Below are positions 9,513 through 18,742 of a stretch of 18,742 nucleotides of DNA, piece by piece. Both the position numbers and the translations under genes were made by a program. The notes beneath the pieces are model-generated. The model ran no database searches, had not been told where the DNA came from, and saw only the letters and a list, made by a program, of their open reading frames with translations. Source of the stretch: Ginkgo biloba (taxonomy: Eukaryota > Plantae > Ginkgophyta); contig JANKJI020000004.1 of NCBI GenBank assembly GCA_024626585.2, positions 98,332,249 to 98,350,990 of the forward strand, written 5' to 3'. Numbering within the stretch: the first letter of the stretch is position 1; every line of letters begins with the position of its first letter.

Positions 9513-12500
9513 CTGTAAGAGTTTACACAAGCAACTAGTTATTCTTTCACAGTACAGTAAAGTTCATGTGTGTAATTGCATACATGAAGTCCCACATGGC
9601 AAGCGAAAAATAAAACAAAAGACTAATGTTCTAATAACATGCTAAACAGCAAAGCATGAAAAGTAAATTGCAGCAGAAGAGAAGTCCCAGTCCCTTTGTA
9701 GTTATTTCAAAATAATGAATTTTTACCATCAATGATGAATAGAAACAAAAGTCAGGTTTCCAAATTCTTAGCCATGATTGTGAGGACTGAAATTGCTATA
9801 GTCTTAGGTTTAGGTTTATTTAGTGTTTATTGAACTATTATATATTTCATTATGTANNNNNNNNNNCAATAACATGTTAACAATATATGGCACATTCTAC
9901 CAGAAAGTACAGGGTTGCTAACAAGACATCACAATATTGCATGTAGAGGCGACCGCTTAACTAAATATGATCCGACATGTATGATGGAAACCTTGTGGTT
10001 GAACATCGTATTGACCAATGAGGTGAATACTAGTGGCTGCCTCGACCAATGAGTGAGGAACACTAATAAATGTTTTTCCCTCACCAATTACCTTGATAAN
10101 NNNNNNNNNNNNNNNNACTAACTGGTACAGATCCTAATTGACAGGAAAGATCCACTGAAATATACTACAATAAACTTGTTTCAAACTTGGATGCCCCCTT
10201 CTTCCTTTCCCATAAATTTATTACATGGTCATTATGCATGGGATGAAGGTGCACCCTTTAATTGATAGATTCACTAGGTTAACCACACCCTTTTAGTTTA
10301 ATCATTGAATAATGATTAATTAAGAGGAATGATAAACTATTAACTCATCAAATGAGTAATTACTAATTAGGCATATTACTCTCTCTCTCACTTATCCTTG
10401 AGTTGTCTTTACTGATTGTAATACACNNNNNNNNNNNNNNNNNNNNNNNNNNNNNNNNNNNNNNNNNNNNNNNNNNNNNNNNNNNNNNNNNNNNNNNNNN
10501 NNNNNNNNNNNNNNNNNNNNNNNNNNNNNNNNNNNNNNNNNNNNNNNNNNNNNNNNNNNNNNNNNNNNNNNNNNNNNNNNNNNNNNNNNNNNNNNNNNNN
10601 NNNNNNNNNNNNNNNNNNNNNNNNNNNNNNNNNNNNNNNNNNNNNNNNNNNNNNNNNNNNNNNNNNNNNNNNNNNNNNNNNNNNNNNNNNNNNNNNNNNN
10701 NNNNNNNNNNNNNNNNNNNNNNNNNNNNNNNNNNNNNNNNNNNNNNNNNNNNNNNNNNNNNNNNNNNNNNNNNNNNNNNNNNNNNNNNNNNNNNNNNNNN
10801 NNNNNNNNNNNNNNNNNNNNNNNNNNNNNNNNNNNNNNNNNNNNNNNNNNNNNNNNNNNNNNNNNNNNNNNNNNNNNNNNNNNNNNNNNNNNNNNNNNNN
10901 NNNNNNNNNNNNNNNNNNNNNNNNNNNNNNNNNNNNNNNNNNNNNNNNNNNNNNNNNNNNNNNNNNNNNNNNNNNNNNNNNNNNNNNNNNNNNNNNNNNN
11001 NNNNNNNNNNNNNNNNNNNNNNNNNNNNNNNNNNNNNNNNNNNNNNNNNNNNNNNNNNNNNNNNNNNNNNNNNNNNNNNNNNNNNNNNNNNNNNNNNNNN
11101 NNNNNNNNNNNNNNNNNNNNNNNNNNNNNNNNNNNNNNNNNNNNNNNNNNNNNNNNNNNNNNNNNNNNNNNNNNNNNNNNNNNNNNNNNNNNNNNNNNNN
11201 NNNNNNNNNNNNNNNNNNNNNNNNNNNNNNNNNNNNNNNNNNNNNNNNNNNNNNNNNNNNNNNNNNNNNNNNNNNNNNNNNNNNNNNTTCCATAAATTCA
11301 TCTCAATATTTCGTTTGGTTAAAACGGTTAAGAGTTTAAATCTTGCATTTTTAGGGTTTGAAATTTGAAGAATTATTTCAGATTCATATGATTGCAAACT
11401 ATACCATTTGATCCTCAAACTTCCATTTCATTTCATTTCAACTTTATTCGATAGATATAGAAATCTACTTTGTAACTCAATGTGAATGAGTTGAATTTTG
11501 TTATTGTNNNNNNNNNNGAGAAAGTTTGAAGTGTTTTTCAATAAGGTGTAAACATTTTCTTTATGGCAGGAACCCTAAAAATAAACTGTGCGCTTTACTA
11601 CAAATAGCAATTCCTTTTGACCCAATTTGATTTGAACTAGGACATTTTCCTGTCTACTTTCGAATGTAGTTTGAATTTCTGGATTCTGAGTCCATTTGGG
11701 CAAGTCCTATCCCTTTTCCTGAGTGTACCCTATTCTTTCCTACTTAGTTCTAAACCTATGAATCTGTCATTTTGTNNNNNNNNNNCTCCCTTCCAATATT
11801 TCTTGTAAGCCGTGAAGAATGATATTTCTGATCAGGAAATAAATTAAACTGATAATTGCATTCTATCCATGTCTGAATTGATCACTTACAAGAACTGTTT
11901 CATGGATTTTCTTGAGGAATTCTTAGGGATTTCGTCAGAAGCGATAATCTAAACTAGCAATGGATTGTTATGTTGCTTTCCTAATCGTGTCGCAATGTCC
12001 CTATGCAAACCTCCTATGTTGGATACTCTTATATTCTGCTTCTATAATAAGCATAAAATGAAGTAAGTTAGACATACTTTTAATGAAATAAGAGATAGGA
12101 GACAAAAACAATGATAGTGCTTTTCAAGAATATCAACAAGGATATGTAATATTCCTCTACACATGATATTAAATGTTGTTAATAGGTATTAAATCGAATT
12201 TCATTGATATGTTTCATATGGATTTTTTGGATGCATTAGTCTGCATTATCATTTAAACAGATATTATTTCAACAAGAATACTGGGCTTGATTAGTGATAT
12301 TACTGTTCACATTAGAATAAGGAATGAACGAATCACACAGATTTTGGTCAAGTTACTACATTTTGTTATTAAAGAATCAATTATAAACAAGAAATCATGA
12401 ATAAATTATGATATAGCCTTAATCTATTCAGACTCCCTTACTTTATAATCTATATAATAGAAACTAATCTCTACTTAATCATCTTCATACAATATCGATC

Positions 12501-12779
12501 ATGAAGTGTATAAATGATTAAGCCTGATCATGTAGGATTATGTTTATAATAGATATGATTACGTTATCTGGATTACTCCAATGGCAGTTATATTTGCTTG
12601 ATCAATATTCGTATTTACTATTAATGAGATTATTGGTGAAGATAATACTCGTATGCTCAAGAATGAATTGATTTCATTGATATCTCTAATTTTCCTTAAT
12701 GCTTATCTGATAATATATCTGATTTTCTTTTCCTATAGCTTGTTCTTCCCTCTAAAATTAAGGGTAACAATCTAGCCTC

Positions 12780-13280
12780 TAGTTCATATGGTAGGTGGGG
12801 TATGTGACAAATTGGTATAAAGCAAATATGATTTATTCCATGGTAAACTATTGGGTAAATACCTAATATCAACAATTTTGATTGAAGACTCTAATGAAAT
12901 GGTATACAATAAAACATTATGTATGTCGTCCTTTATGGAAGTCTCTTACGGGTGATAATAATATTAGTTGCCTAGGAAGGAACTACAATCCTATGTTTAT
13001 GCTTGTGTCATTAGTTATATTTTCTTGTCATCCACATAAGCATAATATAGACCTACTTAAGGATGCGAATATGTTGCCTACATCAGGAAAACAATCGAGG
13101 TTGTTAGTACTACGTATCATATTATGGGCATGCTTCCCGTTTTGAAACCCTTTCCAAACATGTAGGGAGACTTTGGATATATGAATTTTAAATTAGGAGG
13201 TTTGAAAGAAACTATATACAACTCGATATGGCATAATTACATCATGTCATGATGATACCATTTGAATTTCAACAATATAT
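12780..13280 (+). mobile_element. Possible extremely eroded Ty3/gypsy pol remnant (pre-RT region and RT start)
   Basis: Weak motifs in the expected order: HKHNIDLL (cf. H.IDL), then TTRYG...HVMMIPF (cf. RTRYGHYE..VMPF). The sequence is heavily disrupted. Confidence 0.35.
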
Positions 13281-14183
13281 AAAGGATAGATCCATCCACT
13301 ATGGTCATGATGAAAATTTTAGCTTGTAGAATAATAGTCATGTATTTAAATTTTTCCTTGGTCCTATGAGTCCTTTGGACTTGNNNNNNNNNNNNNNNNN
13401 NNNNNNNNNNNNNNNNNNNNNNNNNNNNNNNNNNNNNNNNNNNNNNNNNNNNNNNNNNNNNNNNNNNNNNNNNNNNNNNNNNNGAATAAATTAAATAGTT
13501 TATGATTTCCATATTCCATAAACAAATTAATTTGACTTTACAAATAAAAAAAATTATTATAAGACCTATATCCTTAACCTAGAAGATAAATCACCTTTTA
13601 TCTTTCTTCAAAAATAAAGAGAAATATCATAAGATGATAAATCTTTGGCCCTTTAGAACCTAGTATCTAGGCATGAGAAGATTTCAACCATAAACCACCC
13701 AATGTGAGAGAGTAGGATATTTCTTCCATGAATTTAAAGAATTTAAAGTTATCTCAAAATCAAACCTATCTCACATTGATGGTGAGGTTCTCAAAGCCTC
13801 CTTCTAAAGAAATTTAATGATCACCATAGAAGTACATATACCCGCTACTTAGCCATGTGGGAACAAAACCTAACTTATTAATGGTATGGTAAGGTATGAT
13901 ATTCACCTCTAAACCAAAAACCAAAATTACATCATAAAAAAAATGGATTGGCCTACTGTCATTGTATCCACTATTAAGAGGTTCAACTCCATCTTCTCAA
14001 TTCTTATTTTTCATCATATGTAGTCTATTAGTTTCATCATATACTTATTTGATAAAAAACTAACTAAAAATACAAAAACTTATGATTCTTATAGATTCTA
14101 GAAAATTTGACTGATTTTTTTAATATTCTTTATTGAATTTCAATCAAGAATTTGGGGCAATCCATAAAGAAAGTGGACCAATT

Positions 14184-14292
14184 TCTATGTATGATATTGC
14201 CATATGGCAAATGATTAGTTGAGGAGTACGAAATTGCTTGTTGAAGACAATACGAAATTTTTATGTATCATATTCCCATATGGCAAAGATTG
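14184..14292. repeat. Direct repeat of ~35 bp, ~75 bp apart
   Basis: ttctatgtatgatattgccatatggcaaatgatt vs ttttatgtatcatattcccatatggcaaagatt. Confidence 0.7.
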
Positions 14293-15570
14293 ACATGAAA
14301 AAGAGACAATTCGTCCCTCTAGGTCAAATGATGGTCACATCCATTATAAGGGAAGAACTCAAGCATGTTTCCTCATCAAACTAGATGACTCCACAATCTC
14401 ACATCAATAGGAAGGCTCACACCAAGGCCAAAATAGTACATGTGAAGTTGGTTCATTAACACTTTAGCAAGTAAATAAAATTAAACAATCGAACATGATG
14501 CAAAGACGACTACATGGGCAAGGTTTGATAAAAAACATCAAACGATGTGAGATATCGAAAAATTATACAAGTATCATAGGATGACAAGAGCATTACAGTG
14601 AATAGATTATTAGCAAACAAAAAATGGTCAACACCATAAAACTTCTACCATTAGCATCTATACATTCCCTTCCATGCGAGATTCTTAGCAAAAGACAAGT
14701 GAGGATACAAGAAAAAGGGGAAAAATCTAGAGTTTGAATTCAACTACAAATGATGGCGAACAATGGAAGAAGCCACCTTGATTCTGCTTTCAATTTAGAG
14801 GAGAACATAAGATGGCAACAAGCAAATGAAGACTAGTATTGAAAGAGATTGATTCAGAGCCAATGGAATAGGAGTTGTGCCTAAATTCACAAGAAACCAT
14901 GTTCAAAGGCAATCCAATGGCCCCAAGATTACAAAAAATGTATTTACAAGTAGATAAAAGCCAAAGTAGTGATAGAAGAGTGAACTTCTCATCGCATTCA
15001 AGCTTTGCAATCCAAATTCCTTTGTGATCAATTGAACAAGGGTAAGGCTCCCCAAAATGACTTCAAACTCAATGGTAAATTCCCATGGAAAGAACATAAC
15101 TATTACCTGTTTACCAATCACAAGAGGGCCACATAAGCACATTCAAAATTTAAGAAAATTCATTAAAAATAAAAACAATGGCGTATATGCATAGCTACTT
15201 CATATGTGGCTCAAGATCATCCAATGCCTTTTCGAATATCAAGGTCTTAATTTTAGAAGATGACTCTCATGCTACATTTGAAATAACTTATCACTTCTTC
15301 AACCTCCCCCCATGGTTAAAGCAATGTTAAATCCTTTAAGTTGCAATGACCTAATTCTTCTAATTGATCTACAACGCCTCATAGGTTGTGAAACTAAAGC
15401 TCTAAATAAAGAAGTCCATTTNNNNNNNNNNNNNNNNNNNNNNNNNNNNNNNNNNNNNNNNNNNNNNNNNNNNNNNNNNNNNNNNNNNNNNNNNNNNNNN
15501 NNNNNNNNNNNNNNNNNNNNNNNNNNNNNNNNNNNNNNNNNNNNNNNNNNNNNNNNNNNNNNNNNNCTAG

Positions 15571-15733
15571 TAATAAATCTCCAAGATTTCAACAATGGGG
15601 GCATCAAAGGCAGCCTAGAAAGCATTGCAAACCATACTTGGGTTATATAATCTAATAAATCTCCAAGATTGCAACAATGGGTTGTCAAAGGCATCCTAGA
15701 AAGCATTGCAAACCATACTTGGGTTATATGATC
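15571..15733. repeat. Tandem duplication, 82 + 81 bp
   Basis: taataaatctccaagatt.caacaatggg...tcaaaggca.cctagaaagcattgcaaaccatacttgggttatat.atc occurs at 15571-15652 and 15653-15733. Confidence 0.95.
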
Positions 15734-16852
15734 TCAACCTTATAGGCATTTGAAAAACAACTATGTAAAGATATGAAAAACTCAAAGAGGTGGAAAAACA
15801 CATGCAACTTATGGATCCTAGAGGAGATTCCCTTGATGTGATGCTTCAAAAGGAAAAATTCACCACTCTTATGGCCTCTATCATTTAGTTGAAACAACAA
15901 TGAGAAAGCTCCCATGCCTTCAAAATGATGCTCCTACTAATTCCATGGGTGCCAACTTCATCCATGATTTTCAAAAGTGAATAAGAAGGACTAGTTGCTA
16001 CTCCTAACTTCATAGAAGCATCATAACCCACTTATAAAGCTACACAATAGTCAGCGGATCCCATGAACCATTAGGAAGTGCACACATGGAACAAGGTAGT
16101 CTCACATCCCATATGAGATCTTGAAAAGGAAGGGTATCGAGGAAGACTAGTAGAGGACAATCCTAGATGTTGAATAGAACATAATCTTGTTGACTTCGTA
16201 GTTTGAGTTTTGTTTTTTAATTGTTAATGATAAGTATAGGAGGTCAATAACGATGGTTTTCTTGCTTATATGTAGGGCATGATAGTGTTCAATAAATTTG
16301 ATGTACTATTGTAGTGGCTATTTCCAAAGGAAGCCCAACCAACTCCTCTTTTGAATGTACGTCTCTCTTCTACTAATACAACAATTTGTTTGTGTTAAAA
16401 GAAAGTAAAGAATATCCTTTATGCAATTTGAACAAAAAAACTTCAAGGTAGACCAAATTCCGAAGTGTGTGCAAGCACTCTTCAAGCAATGGACACGATT
16501 CCCTATAAAACAAGAATTTGTTTAGGGTTAGGTTACTTGTAGAAACATCCAACTCCATCGTATTCCTACCCACAAAGCATGGTCCAACTTATCAATCCTC
16601 AATGGAACTTGGTTCACACATGCTCTTGGTCCCCAAGCTTTAGGTACCTTCTCTTGAACCTTTATTTTCCTTTTACAAGTTGGATCCTTTCTGTTAGAAT
16701 GTCCGGGAAAGGTATAACCAGCATATGCTTAATCCGATTTCGTTATTGCCCCNNNNNNNNNNNNNNNNNNNNNNNNNNNNNNNNNNNNNNNNNNNNNNNN
16801 NNNNNNNNNNNNNNNNNNNNNNNNNNNNNNNNNNNNNNNNNNNNNNNNNNNN

Positions 16853-16970
16853 AACCTATGAGTGACTCATCCCTATGACACTTTGACCCTAGTAAAAGAC
16901 TTAGGTAATCACAACATTACATTGTGACCCCAATTACATGTAAACATTAATACAAATAAATATTCTAACA
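16853..16970 (-). mobile_element. 5' part of a copia-type LTR in reverse orientation, running into an N gap
   Basis: The minus strand begins TGTTAGAATATT at 16970. It shares ATTAATGTTTAC, TACCTA, AGGGTCA and GTCACTCAT blocks, in order, with the plus-strand LTR at 17035. Confidence 0.7.
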
Positions 16971-17340
16971 AAGACAAGTTTGAGAAATTCTAAGAAGTGG
17001 TGTAAGGATCAATGAAGTAAACATTACGGGAGAGTGTTAGAATATTAATGTTTACTTTATGTACTTTATGTACCTAGTCATAATGACTTAGCACGTTGAG
17101 GGTCATGTACCTCATTCCCCTTTTGTGCATGCAGGACACTTGTCACTCATGTGGGGGCATACTTTCTATATAACTATGTACTATGTACCTATCAACATGC
17201 ATAATGCAATTAGTATTTGAGTGGTAGACTAATTCTACACTCCATATTTTTTGAGTTTTTCTGTGCATATTATGAATTCTCTCAATTATTCTGTGTTCTC
17301 TCATTTTTCACACTTTCACCCCTTCATTTGTTCACAAACA
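16971..17340 (+). mobile_element. 3' end of a Ty1/copia element: RNase H tail, polypurine tract and 3' LTR (~17035-17340)
   Basis: gac aag ttt gag aaa ttc = DKFEKF (copia RH C-terminus pattern). PPT-like attacgggagag is immediately followed by TGTTAG. Internal ctatataa TATA at ~17166. Candidate end ...AACA at 17340. Confidence 0.75.
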
Positions 17341-18029
17341 TATCACAACGCAAAATCATCACCAATCACACAAGGCTCTACATATTAACAATAATTGGTG
17401 TTCTTTGATCCCCACTAATCTCCCTTGCATAGAAGGAAAGAAAGAAAGAAATCATATTAATGCTTGTAGATAACCAAAAGTGACAAACGTGTCTAATAAG
17501 TAAATCGCCATCAAGAATAATGCAAAGGAGTACACAAGGCATTTGTAACCTAATTCTTATGTTAAACCATTGGAATTGTAATAAATAAATCACATGAGTG
17601 TAGTTAAGAAATATAAAGCAAGGCATGAGACTAACGAGTTGGAAGGGTCAATGTTATAGTCCCATATCATCCTTTGGAGGTGTCTATGTCACATACATAA
17701 CTCAAGAAATTTGCTCAGGTTAGAACAAGCAAATAACTTTGCTTACCTTAGGCAATGATAACCTTAACAATCCTATTGAGATTGATCCGTTTGTGGATAA
17801 TAACTTATTTTCTATCATTTTCAGAACAATCACCTATCAGGCGAATTTGAGAAAAAATTGTACAAATTCAGTTGATTCTAAATGAAAGAAAGTCGCAGCC
17901 CTCGTCACAACTTTAAAATGAGCACAAGAATGTGAAAAACGAAGCTATGGTTCAAAAGTTATGGCTAAAAGACTAATTGTCTGTTATTATGGGCAATGGC
18001 TCCCTTACGAGACCAAGGAGGAAAAACGA

Positions 18030-18390
18030 ACCAAGGAAGAAATTTGCCTCCTTGTCCTCGATGAAAAAAAGTGTGTCCTTGATCAACAAGGAGATAAAAA
18101 GTGTCCAGGAAAGAAAAGCAACCAAGCGAGGAAATAAGTCATTTCCTTGTTTGGATGAAAAAGTGCTTCTTGGTTCAACAAGGAAACAAAAAGCATCCAG
18201 AAAGAAAAGTGACCAAAGAAGGAAATAAGTCACTTTCTTGTCCGGGGTAAAAAGTGCTTCCTAGCCCCACAAGAAAAATAAAAAGCATCCAGGAAGGGAT
18301 AACATCCAAGAAGGAAAGAAAATTTGTTCCTTGTCCTGGGAGGAAAAAGTGCTTCCTTGTCCAACAAGGACGGGAAAGGTGACCTAGGGA
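18030..18390. repeat. Tandem array of ~4 diverged ~91-94 bp units
   Basis: Units start at ~18030, 18121, 18212 and 18305. Each has ccaa..gga..a, t.cttgt, aaaaagtg.ttcc, caacaagga and aaaag..tccag.aa. Confidence 0.9.
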
Positions 18391-18742
18391 GCTAGAAAAT
18401 GTGAATTCTAAAAATAATTCAAAATGTGATAACTTTTTCTTCTGATGTCATATTGAGATAAAATTTTAACCATAATTAGATGGAGTTAAGAAACATGTCT
18501 CCTTTAAAATTTAGCTCCAAATACATCTGTTTACCCCTAAAAAAAGGAAAATTACATAAAATTATGTTTTGCCTATATCTTAGTCAAATGACGTCCATTT
18601 TAGGTGAAATTTGGACTGTAGTGAGATGTCATGGTGCTTCACATTCTCACAAAAAATAGCTAAAGATTCATCATTATAAGTAGGAGAAAGGCTAAACTAT
18701 ATTTAGGACTGAGTATAAATTCTAAAAAATCTTCTTTTAAAG

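Larger units (their letters stand above)
9513..18742 (-). other. Probable long DEG1 intron (>9 kb), filled with decayed repeats and assembly gaps
   Basis: There is an AG acceptor at 9513-9514. The preceding exon (expected to end ...QKV.AIGNP) is not seen in the readable sequence, but it could hide in a gap (e.g. 10427-11287). Confidence 0.65.

Noticed and set aside
10363-11418. Long ORFs in the ORF track (also 6431-6706, 8132-8696, 15299-15706)
   Set aside because: They are open only because they run through N gaps.
13484-16752. Coding-like decayed sequence, probably further TE remnants
   Set aside because: No diagnostic motif could be read with confidence; needs RepeatMasker/tBLASTn.
17973-18233. 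Overlapping K/R-rich and F/L-rich ORFs
   Set aside because: By-products of the purine-skewed ~91-bp tandem repeat; no domain or splice context.
18030-18390. Possible CRISPR-like array
   Set aside because: Whole units are homologous with no unique spacers, the context is eukaryotic, and there are no cas genes.

Overview
Eukaryotic (plant) genomic DNA from a gap-rich draft assembly. The retroelement types and very long intron suggest a gymnosperm/conifer, but that is inference. The one host gene is the 3' half of a chloroplast DEG1/DegP1 (HtrA-family serine protease plus PDZ) gene on the minus strand. Four exons are fully readable with canonical GT-AG boundaries (9475-9512, 9135-9333, 8810-8962, 7356-7442). 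A fifth is almost entirely hidden in the N gap at 8256-8532, with only its last 5 nt and donor visible. No upstream exon is visible between 9513 and the window end, so this is probably a >9 kb repeat-filled intron. Downstream of the gene (1-5.6 kb) lie decayed LTR retrotransposons: Ty3/gypsy RT-RH (+), Ty1/copia gag (+), a minus-strand Ty3/gypsy RT-RH, and a chromovirus-type integrase tail (+). Most unusual: (i) the minus-strand gypsy element has no integrase after RNase H and runs in frame into a ~425-codon accessory ORF that retains CpGs while the adjacent RT-RH has none; (ii) a perfect CAG|GTAAGT donor consensus sits exactly at a DEG1 acceptor; (iii) two related copia-type LTRs lie back-to-back in inverted orientation. 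No prokaryotic system, CRISPR array or RNA gene is supported.
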